From positions 1 to 60,729 of the forward strand of contig JAAZBL010000140.1 of NCBI GenBank assembly GCA_012513825.1: DNA of 60,729 nt, written 5' to 3'. The notes under the pieces were generated by a model. That model saw nothing but the letters and a program-made list of their open reading frames with translations, was not told the origin of the DNA and made no database searches. Made by a program: the position numbers and the translations under genes. Shown here piece by piece: positions 21,196 through 32,863 of this stretch (positions are counted from its first letter, which is position 1; each line of letters begins with the position of its first letter). This stretch comes from Limnobacter sp. (GTDB taxonomy: Bacteria > Pseudomonadota > Gammaproteobacteria > Burkholderiales > Burkholderiaceae_E).

Positions 21196-21672
21196 TCAGA
21201 TCAGGTCGGGCGCGATCGCCGCGCGCAGCACGACCTGCGCCTGTCCGCCGCGCTCGCGCGTCGACAGCCACCAGATGCCCGACTTCTTGATGCTCCAGTC
21301 GGCCTCCGAACCGGCCAGCAGCAGGCTGGCCAGGCGGCCGAGCGTCGGCTGGTGTCCGACGACGATCACGTGGCGCACGCGCGCCTCGGGCCCGTCCGGC
21401 CAGTTCACCGCAGCGAGGTGGTGGGCGACGTCGCTGCCCGGGGCCAGCCGCTCGTCGACCTTGAACCTCGCGCCGAGCGCGGCGGCGGTCTCGGTGGCCC
21501 GCACGGCGGGGCTGGACAGCACGAGGTAGCGTTCGGGCAGGCGCGCCTGCAGCCAGCGCGCGCCCCTCTCGGACTGCTTGCGGCCGCGATCGGTGAGCTT
21601 GCGCTTCAGGTCGGCCACGGGGTCGACGACCGAGTCGCCGGCATCGGCATGTCGCCAGAGAATCAGGTCCAT
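21196..21672 (-). CDS. sixA: Phosphohistidine phosphatase SixA
   Basis: MDLILWRHADA, RKLTDRGRKQ, SSPAVRA, VVGHQPTLG. Confidence 0.88.
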   Translation of the reverse strand: MDLILWRHADAGDSVVDPVADLKRKLTDRGRKQSERGARWLQARLPERYLVLSSPAVRATETAAALGARFKVDERLAPGSDVAHHLAAVNWPDGPEARVRHVIVVGHQPTLGRLASLLLAGSEADWSIKKSGIWWLSTRERGGQAQVVLRAAIAPDLI

Positions 21673-21770
21673 CTCGTTCATCCGGAAATGTCCCGATGGT
21701 GGCGTCCGACGATGACGATCCGGTGACGACCCTGCCCGGCTGGCCGGGTGCGGGCGGCAGCATCTGCCAT

Positions 21771-22577
<807 letters not shown>

Positions 22578-22581
<4 letters not shown>

Positions 22582-23234
22582 GCTTGCAGCTCCTTCGCCG
22601 CGGCGCCGTCGCCCGCGTCGGGTTCGTGTACCACCAGATGATAATGGACGGCGCCGGCCCGGCCCGCACGCACGACGCGGAATTGCGCCCACGGGGCGAG
22701 GCTCGCCGCAGCCGCGACCGGCCACGGCGCCGCGCTTTCGACGTAGACCAGCGCATCGGGCGCCAGCAGCGGCGGCAGCCGCCGCATCGCTTCGGCCAGC
22801 AGGGCCTCGTCGCCGAACGGCGGATCGACGAACACCAGGTCGAAGCGTTCGCCGGCGGCTGCGCGCCGATGAAGTTCCGCCAGCGCGTCGCCTGCGACCA
22901 GTTCGACCTGCGTGGCGCCCAGGCGCTCGATCGCAGCGCGGATCGCGGCCAGCGCGGCGCGGTCGCGCTCGATCATCACGACGCGGGCGGCGCCGCGCGA
23001 GGCGGCCTCGAGGCCGAGCGCGCCGGTGCCGGCGAAGGCGTCGAGGCAGCGCTGCCCCCAGAGATCCTGGCCCAGCCAGTTGAACAGCGTCTCGCGGACG
23101 CGGTCCGGCGTCGGCCGCAGGTCCGCGGTCGACGGCACGGTCAGCGGCGTGCGCTTCCAGCGCCCGCCGACGATGCGCACGCGATGGCTGGCCGACGCGT
23201 GCTTGCCTGCGGGCTCAGTTGGCCGGCGCTTCAC
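22578..23234 (-). CDS. rsmD: 16S rRNA m2G966 methyltransferase
   Basis: [47 protein letters not shown]; start uncertain (GTG 23234 or ATG 23264). Confidence 0.93.
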
Positions 23235-24579
23235 CGTTGCCGACGACCACGGTGGCCATCGCATCGGGATTCAGGCGCCGCGCGAAGGCATCGGCGATCT
23301 GCTCGCGCGTGACCGCCTCGACCTGGCCGGTCCAGCGGTCGAGGTAATCGAGCGGCAGGCGGTAGAAGCCGATCGTTTCGAGATAACCGAGGATCTTTCG
23401 GTTCGAGTCGATGCGCAGCGGAAAACCGCTGACCAGGTTCGACTTGGCGGCATCGACCTCGGCCTGCGTCGGACCGTCGCGAACGAAGCCTTCGAGCGTG
23501 CCGCGCACGACCGTCAGCGCCTCCTGCGTCTGCTCCTTGCGGGTCTGCAAGCCGATCGTGAACGGCCCCGGCTGCAGCAGCGGCGAGAAGTAGGAATAGA
23601 CGCTGTACGCGAGCCCACGCTGCTCGCGCACCTCGCTGTACAGGCGCGAGACGAAGCCGCCGCCGCCGAGCACGTAGTTGCCGACGAACAGCGGGAAGTA
23701 GTCGGGATCGCCGCGGGCGATCGCCGGCGCACCGACGAGGATGTGGCTCTGCGAAGCCGGATGAGCGATTCGCCGCTCGGCGGATCGCTCCAGCGGCACG
23801 ACGTCGGGCACCTTGGGGCGCGGGGTGCCCGCGGGCAGCGCGGCCGTCAACTGCTCGGCGATCGCTTCGGCGCGCTCGCGCGCGATCGCGCCGATCATCG
23901 CCACGACCGCATGGTCGGCATCGTAGTGCTCACGATGGAAGCGCACGAGCTCGTCGCGCCCGATCGCGGCCACCGTATCGGCGCGTGCCTGCTGGCCGTA
24001 CGGATGGCTGCCGTAGGTCAGCTCGCCAAAATTGCGACGGGCGATCGTCTCGGGCTTCGTTTCCGCCTCGAGGATCGCCTGGACCGTGCGTGCCTTCTCG
24101 CGATCGAGCACGACCTGCGGAAATTCCGGCTGCGAGACGATCCGGGCGAGCAGCGCCGTGGCCTCGCTCAACTGCGGTTCGCTGGTCAGCGCTCGCAGCG
24201 AGACGCTGGCGTAGTCGTCGCCGGCGCCGCCGCCACGCTGCGCCCCGAGCTTCGCGAAGCCTTCGGAGATCGTCGCCTCGTCGAGCCCGCCGGCGCCGCG
24301 CGCCAGCATCGCGTTGGTCATCGCCGCAAGCCCGAGCCGCTCGGACGGATCGAAGCGCGCTCCGGCGTCGAAGACGACGCTCAGGTCGAGCATCGGGATC
24401 GTGTCGGCACGCACGAAATAAACGCGCGCGCCCGACGACGTCGTCCAGTGCTCGATCGGCAGGGCCGCCTGCGCGAGACTCGCGGCCACGACGGCGACCA
24501 ACCCGACGGCGCATTTCGAGGCCGCTGCCCGCACGGCGCGGCGCCACAGAATCGCGAACATGGGCAAGCTCCCGATCAT
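23215..24579 (-). CDS. M16B peptidase, non-catalytic subunit
   Basis: Signal peptide, M16 fold without HxxEH, Gly-rich LGGGGFVSRL loop, VREQRGLAYSVYS; ATGA-coupled to the upstream M16 gene. Confidence 0.88.
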   Translation of the reverse strand: MIGSLPMFAILWRRAVRAAASKCAVGLVAVVAASLAQAALPIEHWTTSSGARVYFVRADTIPMLDLSVVFDAGARFDPSERLGLAAMTNAMLARGAGGLDEATISEGFAKLGAQRGGGAGDDYASVSLRALTSEPQLSEATALLARIVSQPEFPQVVLDREKARTVQAILEAETKPETIARRNFGELTYGSHPYGQQARADTVAAIGRDELVRFHREHYDADHAVVAMIGAIARERAEAIAEQLTAALPAGTPRPKVPDVVPLERSAERRIAHPASQSHILVGAPAIARGDPDYFPLFVGNYVLGGGGFVSRLYSEVREQRGLAYSVYSYFSPLLQPGPFTIGLQTRKEQTQEALTVVRGTLEGFVRDGPTQAEVDAAKSNLVSGFPLRIDSNRKILGYLETIGFYRLPLDYLDRWTGQVEAVTREQIADAFARRLNPDAMATVVVGNGEAPAN

Positions 24580-26009
24580 TGATGGGGCAGCGTCGGCACC
24601 TCGCGGCGCGGCGCGTTCGGATCGATCGGCTGCGGCAACAGCGTCACCGCGGTCAGCGTATCGTTACCGAAGTACTCGCGGGCCACGGCCTGCACGTCGG
24701 CCGCGCTGACCTGGCCGATCCGCTCGAGAATACGATCGGCGTCGCGCCACGAAAACCCGGCCATTTCGAGGCCGCCGATTTCCATCGCCTGCGCCATCAC
24801 CGAGTCGCGCTTGTAGATCTCGCCAGCCAGGTACTGTGCCTTGATCCGCTCGAGTTCGTCGTCGCGCACGCCTTCCTCGGCGATTCTCGCGATCTCGCCG
24901 CGCAAGCCCTTCTCCAGCGCCGTCGTGTCCTGGCCGTCGGCCGGCGTGCCGTCGAGGATGAACAGCGCCGGGCCGCGCGCAACGAGGCCGTAGCCGGCGC
25001 CGACCTGGTTCGCGACCCGCGAGCCGCGTATCAGATTGCGGGTCAGGCGCCCGTTCTCGTCGGCATCGAGCACGGCGGCCAGCATCTCCAGCGCATAGGG
25101 ATCGGTGTCCTTCTCGACGTCGCGCAGGCGCGGCACCTTGAAACCCATCGCGAGATACGGATTTTCGGCCGGCGCCTCGACCCAGGCACGGCGTTCGCCG
25201 CGCTGTTTCGGCTCCACCTGCGGCTTGCGCTGCGGCAGCTCGCCGGCACCGACGCGCCCGTAGCTGTCCTGCGCGAGTTTCCAGACCTCGTCGGCCGACA
25301 CGTCGCCGGCCACGACGAGCACCGCGTTCGACGGCGTGTACCAGCGCCGGTACCAGTCGCGGATGTCTTCGGCCGTCATCGACTCGAGATCGCTCATCCA
25401 GCCGATGACCGGGCGCCGGTACGGGGAGGCGATGAAAGCGCCAGCCATCAGCTGCTCGTAGACCAGCGCCTGAGCGCGATCCTCGGTGCGCAGCCGGCGT
25501 TCCTCCATGACCACCTGGATTTCGCGGCCGAACTCGGCATCGTCGACGACCAGGTTCGCCATCCGGTCGGCTTCGAGCTTCATCATCTCGGGCAGGTGGT
25601 CGCGGTGGATCTGCTGGAAGTAGCCGGTGTAGTCGCGCGAGGTGAACGCATTCTCGCGACCGCCGCGCTCGGCGACCCGGCGCGAGAACTCGCCGACGCC
25701 GAGCGTCTTCGTGCCCTTGAACATCATGTGCTCGAGCACGTGCGAGACACCGGTCAGGCCGTTGATCTCGTCGATCGAACCGATCCGGTAGAGGACCAGG
25801 TGCACGACGGTCGGCGCCCGGTGGTCTTCGCGCACCAGGACTTTCATCCCGTTGGGCAGCATGCGCTCGACGGTCACCGGGCCCGCCCGTTCGCTGTCGC
25901 TGGCGACGGGATCGGGAGTCGGCGGGGGCGGGGTGTCGCGCGCGGACATCGCGGGCGGCAGGACGAGCAGGGCGGCACCGACGAGCAGGCGGAAGATCGG
26001 AGTGGCCAT
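24576..26009 (-). CDS. M16B zinc peptidase, catalytic subunit
   Basis: Signal peptide, HVLEHMMFKGT (HxxEH), NAFTSRDYTGY, EERRLRTED. Confidence 0.92.
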   Translation of the reverse strand: MATPIFRLLVGAALLVLPPAMSARDTPPPPTPDPVASDSERAGPVTVERMLPNGMKVLVREDHRAPTVVHLVLYRIGSIDEINGLTGVSHVLEHMMFKGTKTLGVGEFSRRVAERGGRENAFTSRDYTGYFQQIHRDHLPEMMKLEADRMANLVVDDAEFGREIQVVMEERRLRTEDRAQALVYEQLMAGAFIASPYRRPVIGWMSDLESMTAEDIRDWYRRWYTPSNAVLVVAGDVSADEVWKLAQDSYGRVGAGELPQRKPQVEPKQRGERRAWVEAPAENPYLAMGFKVPRLRDVEKDTDPYALEMLAAVLDADENGRLTRNLIRGSRVANQVGAGYGLVARGPALFILDGTPADGQDTTALEKGLRGEIARIAEEGVRDDELERIKAQYLAGEIYKRDSVMAQAMEIGGLEMAGFSWRDADRILERIGQVSAADVQAVAREYFGNDTLTAVTLLPQPIDPNAPRREVPTLPHQ

Positions 26010-26046
26010 CGCTTCGACAGGTAGAATCCGGGGCCTGAGTGTAGCC

Positions 26047-27378
26047 ATGTTCGGATTCCTGCGTCGAAAAAAGCCTGCCCCGGCTGCCGAAGTCCCCGAG
26101 ACCGCGGCAGAGGCGCTCGTGCCTGCGTCCGAAGCGGAGCAGGGGCCGTCGGCCGAGGACGGCGCCGGATCGGCCACCGAGACCGCTGCCGCGTCGGCCG
26201 GGCACGTTGCCAGTCGAGACGGCGATCGCGTTGCCGGAAGCGTCGACGACCGCGCTGCCGAAAGCGACGACGAGCGCGCTGTCCGGGCCGACGACGAGCG
26301 TCCTGTCGGGTCCGATGACGGCGGGCGCCTCCCCGGTGCGGGCGAGGACGCCGACGGCAGCGCTCCCGCCACCCCGCTGGTGGCCGACCTGCACCGCGAC
26401 CCGCCGGCCGACGAAGCGGCTGCCGTCCCCGCAGAAGAAGCGGCTGCCGCCCTCGCCGGCCAGCAGCCGCAGCGGGCCTCGTGGATGGCCCGCTTGCGAC
26501 AGGGGCTGTCGAAGACGCGCGGCAACCTGGCCGGCCTGTTCGTCGGCACGAAGATCGACGAGGAGTTGTTCGAGGAGCTCGAAACCGCGCTGCTGCTCAG
26601 CGACGCCGGTGTCGAAACGAGCAACCACCTGATGCAGTCGCTGCGCGAACGGATCCGCCGCGAGCGCATCGAAACGGCCGAAGGCGTCCGCACGGCCTTG
26701 CGCTCGATCGTGGCCGACCTGCTGCGCCCCCTGGAACGGCCGATCGACATCGACGCCGCCGAGCCGCTGGTCATCATGATCGCCGGCGTCAACGGCGCCG
26801 GCAAGACGACTTCGATCGGCAAGCTCGCGCGCCACCTGCAGCGCGAGGGCAAGTCGGTGCTGCTGGCCGCCGGCGATACCTTCCGCGCCGCAGCCCGCGA
26901 GCAACTGACCGAATGGGGCGCGCGCAACAACGTCCAGGTCATTGCGCAACAGGGGGGCGATCCGGCGGCCGTGGCCTTCGACGCGGTCAACGCCGCACGG
27001 GCGCGCGGCATCGACGTCGTCATGGTCGACACGGCCGGACGGCTGCCCACCCAGCTTCACCTGATGGACGAGCTCAAGAAGATCCGGCGCGTCATCGGCA
27101 AGGCGATGGATGGCGCGCCGCACGAAACGCTGATCGTGCTCGACGGCAACACCGGCCAGAACATGCTGGCGCAGGTGCGTGCCTTCGACGACGCGATCGG
27201 CGCGACCGGGCTGATCGTGACGAAGCTCGACGGCACGGCGAAAGGCGGCACGCTGGCCGCTCTCGCGTGGACGCGGCGCGAGCGTCCGATTCCGGTCTGC
27301 TTCATCGGCGTAGGCGAAGGCATCGACGACCTCCAGGGCTTCTCGGCCGACGAGTTCGCCTCGGCGCTGCTCGACTGA
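26047..27378 (+). CDS. ftsY: Signal recognition particle receptor FtsY
   Basis: MFGFLRRKK, acidic low-complexity A-domain, GVNGAGKTT, DTFRAAA, DTAGR, TKLDGTAKGG. Confidence 0.96.
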   Translation: MFGFLRRKKPAPAAEVPETAAEALVPASEAEQGPSAEDGAGSATETAAASAGHVASRDGDRVAGSVDDRAAESDDERAVRADDERPVGSDDGGRLPGAGEDADGSAPATPLVADLHRDPPADEAAAVPAEEAAAALAGQQPQRASWMARLRQGLSKTRGNLAGLFVGTKIDEELFEELETALLLSDAGVETSNHLMQSLRERIRRERIETAEGVRTALRSIVADLLRPLERPIDIDAAEPLVIMIAGVNGAGKTTSIGKLARHLQREGKSVLLAAGDTFRAAAREQLTEWGARNNVQVIAQQGGDPAAVAFDAVNAARARGIDVVMVDTAGRLPTQLHLMDELKKIRRVIGKAMDGAPHETLIVLDGNTGQNMLAQVRAFDDAIGATGLIVTKLDGTAKGGTLAALAWTRRERPIPVCFIGVGEGIDDLQGFSADEFASALLD

Positions 27379-27422
27379 GCGCCGGGCCCTCGTCTACCGG
27401 CTCCCTCGCGTCACGCACCGGC

Positions 27423-28679
27423 ATGTACACGATTTCCGGCATCCATCTGCCGACGCTGTACCTGATCGGCGCGCTGGCGGGCGTGCCGGCGATGCTGCTC
27501 CTGATGGCGACCTCGGCGCAGCGCCTGAAGGATCGACCGGCCGTCACCCGTTTCTGCCTGGCGATCGGAGCCGGCTCGCTGGCGCTCGCGCTGCTGTGGG
27601 CGCATGGCCGCGAGCCGATCCCGGTGCCGACGGCGATTCCGGCCGCCGGAATCGCCGGGATGGCGCAGGCGGTGCTGCTCGCGCGCGCGGCGGCCGGCTT
27701 GTTCGGCGCGCGGCTCGCCTGGACGACGGCGATGCTGGTCCTGCTCGGCGGAAGCGCAAGTTATCTGCTGGCCGCCGCGACCGGCGCGATCTGGGCCGCA
27801 GTCGCCATCGTCGTCGGGCTGCAAGGCGGGCTGTATGCGATGGCCGCCGTCTTCGCGCTGCGCGCGCGCGACCCGGCCGGACCGGTCTTCCGATTTGCGT
27901 TCGGGCTGCAGCACGGCATCGTCGCACTGCTGACGCTGCTGCGCGGCGGCGAGCTGCTCGTGCGCTACGCAGCCGGCCTGGGCCACGACGGAGGCATGTT
28001 CGCCGACAGCGGACTGAACCAGCTTTACGCGCTGTCGCTGGCGATGTCTCCGCTGCTGACGGCACTGCTGGTGATGGGCGTGCTCAATGCGCGGCTGGCC
28101 AACCGGCTGTTGCAGGTCTCGTTGACCGACGAGCTGACCGGCATCCGCACCCGACGGCACCTGACCACCGAGGCGCCGCGCCTGATGCAGTGGTTGCAGG
28201 CCTCCGGACGCCGCGCGGCGGTGCTGATGATCGATCTCGACAATTTCAAGCAGATCAACGACACCTGGGGCCACACGATCGGCGACCGGGCCTTGCGTTA
28301 TGCGGCGCTGAGCCTGCAGAAGGAGCTGCGCTCCGATTCGCTGATCGCGCGCTACGGCGGCGAGGAGTTCTGCGCGATCGTTCCGGTCAACGACGCAGCC
28401 GAAGCCATGGCAACGGCGGAACGCCTGCGCGCCTCGCTCGCGGCCAGGCCTGCGCTGCTCGGCGGGCGCACGATCCGCCTGACCGTCAGCATCGGCGTCG
28501 CCGTCCAGGGCGAAATCGACGATTTCGACGCGCTGCTCGAGTGTGCGGATGCGCGCGTCTACGAGGCCAAGGCGCGCGGCCGGAACTGCGTGGTCGGCGG
28601 AAGCTGCGACCAGGCGACGGCCCGTTCGCAGCCGCCCGCCGCAGCGCCGGATCTCGTGCAGGCGGCCACAACGTCCTGA
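27423..28679 (+). CDS. Membrane-anchored GGDEF diguanylate cyclase
   Basis: About 7 hydrophobic segments, TDELTG, DLDNFKQINDTWGH, RYGGEEF, AKARGRN. Confidence 0.92.
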   Translation: MYTISGIHLPTLYLIGALAGVPAMLLLMATSAQRLKDRPAVTRFCLAIGAGSLALALLWAHGREPIPVPTAIPAAGIAGMAQAVLLARAAAGLFGARLAWTTAMLVLLGGSASYLLAAATGAIWAAVAIVVGLQGGLYAMAAVFALRARDPAGPVFRFAFGLQHGIVALLTLLRGGELLVRYAAGLGHDGGMFADSGLNQLYALSLAMSPLLTALLVMGVLNARLANRLLQVSLTDELTGIRTRRHLTTEAPRLMQWLQASGRRAAVLMIDLDNFKQINDTWGHTIGDRALRYAALSLQKELRSDSLIARYGGEEFCAIVPVNDAAEAMATAERLRASLAARPALLGGRTIRLTVSIGVAVQGEIDDFDALLECADARVYEAKARGRNCVVGGSCDQATARSQPPAAAPDLVQAATTS

Positions 28680-28746
28680 CAGGAGACCTCGTTCGGCGTC
28701 GGCTACCCCGTCCGGCCCGTCCGGTCCGGCACTGTCCGCCGGCCAG

Positions 28747-28769
28747 GCGCCGGATTTTTCGTCCGGCGC
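28747..28769. terminator. Hairpin between the convergent GGDEF gene and maiA
   Basis: GCGCCGGA-tttttcg-TCCGGCGC, followed by aactttccctt. Confidence 0.5.
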
Positions 28770-28779
28770 AACTTTCCCT

Positions 28780-29424
28780 TCAGGCGCGCGAGGCTTCGGG
28801 CTGCGCTCCGGGCGACGCGCGCTCGAAGGCATCGAGCTTCACCAGCTCGTCGTGGATCCGCATCGTCAGCGGGTACTTCCCGACTTCGGTACCGAAGCGC
28901 CGGGCATTGAAGATCTGCGGCACCAGGCAGACGTCGGCCATCGTGACTTCGTCGCCGTGGCAGTAGCGCCCGATGCCCCCTTGCGCGAGCTGCGCCTCGA
29001 AGGCGGCCAGGCCTTCGTCGCACCAGTGCCGGTACCAGCCTGCGACCCGCTCTTCGTCGAGGCCGAGTTCGCCTTTCAGGTAGTTCAAGACCCTCAGGTT
29101 GTTCACCGGATGGATCTCGGAGGCGATCAGCATCGACAGCGAGCGGACGCGCGCACGCCCGGCGGGGTCGGGCGGCAGCAGCTTCGGCCCCGGCTGGGTT
29201 TCGTCGAGATACTCGATGATCGCCAGCGACTGGTTCAGTTTCAGTTCGCCGTCGACGAGCGTGGGCACCAGCGCCTGCGGGTTGACCTGCCGATACGATT
29301 CGCCACGATGCTCGCCGCTCGGAAGCCAGACCACATGGGGCTCCCAGGCCAGCCCCTTCAGGTTCAGCGCGATCCGCACGCGAAACGCGGCGGAACTGCG
29401 GAAGTAGGTGTAGAGCTCGAGCAT
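28780..29424 (-). CDS. maiA: Maleylacetoacetate isomerase (GST zeta)
   Basis: YTYFRSSAAFRVRIALNLKG, NPQALVP, QSLAIIEYL, IHPVNNLRVL. Confidence 0.93.
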   Translation of the reverse strand: MLELYTYFRSSAAFRVRIALNLKGLAWEPHVVWLPSGEHRGESYRQVNPQALVPTLVDGELKLNQSLAIIEYLDETQPGPKLLPPDPAGRARVRSLSMLIASEIHPVNNLRVLNYLKGELGLDEERVAGWYRHWCDEGLAAFEAQLAQGGIGRYCHGDEVTMADVCLVPQIFNARRFGTEVGKYPLTMRIHDELVKLDAFERASPGAQPEASRA

Positions 29425-29625
29425 CGGCCTCTCCTGCGATGTCCGGCGAATCTAGCACGCGCCCGGAACCGCCACTACAGGCAGCCGGCCGCAGGGCACG
29501 CCCGCTCCCGAACGCGAAAAACCGGATTCCGATCGATGATTTCGCTCGCGCGCGGCGGAATCGGCGATCAAATCGCTGTTCGTTGACCTTTCTCCAGTCT
29601 CTTCACCGCTTCCTTCGGCAAGGTA

Positions 29626-29652
29626 CTGGCACTCTCGGCTCGAGAGTGCTAA
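29626..29652 (+). promoter_or_regulatory. CIRCE element (HrcA operator) upstream of rpoH
   Basis: CTGGCACTC-tcggctcga-GAGTGCTAA matches TTAGCACTC-N9-GAGTGCTAA with 2 mismatches in the left arm. Confidence 0.9.
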
Positions 29653-29733
29653 AGTAGCGGTGTTCCAATACTGACCGGCCAGTCACTTACTTGGGTCGGC
29701 AGCTTCCCCGGAAAACCAAGGATTCGATTGCCA

Positions 29734-30601
<868 letters not shown>

Positions 30602-30630
<29 letters not shown>

Positions 30631-30697
30631 GCGTGAAGGGCGCGCTGGCCGCCTGCGCCTGAGCGTGAAGGGCGCGCTCGCCGCCTGCGCCTGACCG
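30602..30697 (+). repeat. Three tandem 32-bp copies comprising the 3' end of rpoH
   Basis: tgaagggcgcgctggccgcctacgcctgagcg / tgaagggcgcgctggccgcctgcgcctgagcg / tgaagggcgcgctcgccgcctgcgcctgaccg. Confidence 0.95.
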
Positions 30698-30818
30698 GGC
30701 CCGCTCCGGGCCAGCGGCGCAGGCTGCAACCGGCGCCGCCAGCGCCTGGCCGGCCGGTCAGCGCCGGCCGCACACGCCGATCTCCCACCCACACGCCGGC
30801 CGCAGAGGAGGCTGTCTC

Positions 30819-31811
30819 GTGTCAGTCTCCCGCCGTCCCGATCTCTTGCCCATCGTCTGCCTGCTGGCGAACGCGTTCGTCTGGGGCGTGTCGTGGTGGC
30901 CGTTTCGGCAACTCAATGCGCTGGGCCTGCACAGCCTGTGGGCGACCAGCTTCGCCTTCTTCGCCTCGACGCTCGTGATCAGCGTCTGGCGGCCTCGCGC
31001 CTGGCCGGACCTGCTCGCCAACCCGGCCCTCGTCTGGCTCCTGCTCGCCTCCGGCGTGACGAACGCCGCCTTCAACTGGGGCGTGATGATCGGCGAGGTC
31101 GTCAGGGTCGTCCTGCTTTTCTACCTGATGCCGGTCTGGTCGGTGCTGCTTGCGCGCTGGCTGCTCGGCGAACGGATCTCGGCCGCGGCGCTGCTGCGAA
31201 TCGCGTTGGCGCTGACCGGCGCTGCGATCGTGCTCTGGGACCCGACCGTCGGCCTGCCGCTGCCCGCCAGCCTGCCCGACGTGCTGGGCCTGGTCGGCGG
31301 CATGAGCTTCGCGCTCGTCAACGTGATGGTCCGGCGCCACGCCGCGGCACCCGATTCGGCGCGCGCGCTGGCGATGTTCGTCGGCGGCTTCACCGTCGCA
31401 GGAAGCATGGCGGTGTTGCTGTCGAGCGGCGGCCGGATCGCGCCCTTGCCGCCCGCCTCGTTCGGCTGGATCGCCGGCGTATCGGCGCTCGCGCTGGTGC
31501 TGCTGGCGGCCAACTTCGCGCTGCAGTACGGCGCCGCCCGGCTGCCGGCCGGGGTCACCGCGCTGGTCATGTTGTCCGAGGTGCTGTTCGCGGCAGTTTC
31601 GGCGGCCTGGATCGGCGGCGAGCCGCTGACGCTACCGATGCTCGTCGGCGGTGCGCTGATTCTCGTCGCGGCCGGCCTGGCCGCGCTGCCCGGCAGGCGG
31701 CCTGCCACCGACGGCCACGTTCCGGTCGAGATCGCGCACGTCGAGCCGGCGCCGGCCGCCGAGCCGACCGACGACGATCGCCAAGCGCGGTCCGTCACGC
31801 GGACGTCCTGA
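30819..31811 (+). CDS. DMT/EamA family transporter
   Basis: About 10 TM segments, WGVSWWPFR, LLFYLMPVW, LQYGAARL; GTG start after AGAGGAGG. Confidence 0.88.
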   Translation: MSVSRRPDLLPIVCLLANAFVWGVSWWPFRQLNALGLHSLWATSFAFFASTLVISVWRPRAWPDLLANPALVWLLLASGVTNAAFNWGVMIGEVVRVVLLFYLMPVWSVLLARWLLGERISAAALLRIALALTGAAIVLWDPTVGLPLPASLPDVLGLVGGMSFALVNVMVRRHAAAPDSARALAMFVGGFTVAGSMAVLLSSGGRIAPLPPASFGWIAGVSALALVLLAANFALQYGAARLPAGVTALVMLSEVLFAAVSAAWIGGEPLTLPMLVGGALILVAAGLAALPGRRPATDGHVPVEIAHVEPAPAAEPTDDDRQARSVTRTS

Positions 31812-31882
31812 GCGACCCGGGGACCCGGTAAGAAGGCGATCAGGCGCGCCGGATGCGGCGCTCGGGCCGCGGCGCGGCGACT

Positions 31883-32827
31883 TCAGCCTTGCGCGATCAA
31901 GCCCACCGCGCTCGCCGCATGCCTGACCAGCGCCGCCGTCATCGACGGCATCGGCTCGCTGCCGCGCATGACGGACGCGCTCCATTGGGCGACCTCTTCC
32001 GGACTCGCCGCAGCCGGCAGCCGAATCGCCGGATCGGGAACGACCTCGGGGCTCGCCTCGGAGTCGCGAAGCCGCTGCGGCCCCGTGCCGGCGCCGGCCT
32101 CGATCCGGTACAGGCGGCGTGCAACGTGCGGATACAAGGTCGGTTCGCCGTCGACGCCGCGAAACACCAGCGCCGGACCGGGGTCTTCTCCGAGCAGCGC
32201 GACGACCGGGTCCAGGTACTCGCTGTGCGTGATCGGGCACAGCATCAGCGCGTCGGCGGTCGGCCGAAGCAGCTTCGCGACCGTATGCGCGGTGTTGCGC
32301 ACGCCCATCTCGAAGCGCAGCGCCAGCATCGCCGCCAGCGGCGGGCACCAGACGTCGATCGGCAGGAACACCGGCATGGGGCCCGACAGCGCGTCGCGTG
32401 CCGCCGCCACGCTGCCGACCACCGGGCCGCCGGCGGCTTCGGCGACCTCGCAGCTCGCCACGCGACCCGGATCGTGCCGTACTCCGTGCATCAGCACGGC
32501 GAAGCCGGCCTGCCGCAACGCGAGCGCCGTCAGCCAGCTCAGGTTCGGCTGCCGGCGCGCGCCGTTGTAGCAGGGCATGCAGACCAGCGGCGCGTCGATC
32601 GGCGCCAAGCTCGGCAAGCGTGCGTGCGCCGCTTCGCGCAGCGCGCGCAGTTCGTCGAGCGATTCGCCCTTCAGCCGCATCGCCATCAACGCGGCGCCGA
32701 TCGCAGCCGGCGAAAGGCGCGCGTCGAGGATCGCCTGCCACAGCATCCCGGCCGCCGCCTCGGGCAGGTCGCGCGCACCGCGCGGCCCGCGGCCGATCTC
32801 GTGGATGTAGCCGAGCAACGCGTTCAT
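31883..32827 (-). CDS. ybiB: YbiB-family (TrpD2) DNA-binding protein
   Basis: YIHEIGRGPRGARDL, MRLKGES, YNGARRQPNL, MGVRNTAHTVAKL, FRGVDGEP. Confidence 0.85.
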   Translation of the reverse strand: MNALLGYIHEIGRGPRGARDLPEAAAGMLWQAILDARLSPAAIGAALMAMRLKGESLDELRALREAAHARLPSLAPIDAPLVCMPCYNGARRQPNLSWLTALALRQAGFAVLMHGVRHDPGRVASCEVAEAAGGPVVGSVAAARDALSGPMPVFLPIDVWCPPLAAMLALRFEMGVRNTAHTVAKLLRPTADALMLCPITHSEYLDPVVALLGEDPGPALVFRGVDGEPTLYPHVARRLYRIEAGAGTGPQRLRDSEASPEVVPDPAIRLPAAASPEEVAQWSASVMRGSEPMPSMTAALVRHAASAVGLIAQG

Positions 32828-32863
32828 CGCACGACGCCCGCGAGCGCCGGCGCCGGCGACCGC

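Noticed and set aside
27379-29733. Absence of ftsE/ftsX between ftsY and rpoH
   Set aside because: The ftsYEX-rpoH order is the enterobacterial arrangement; its absence is not unusual for Burkholderiales and no remnant is visible.
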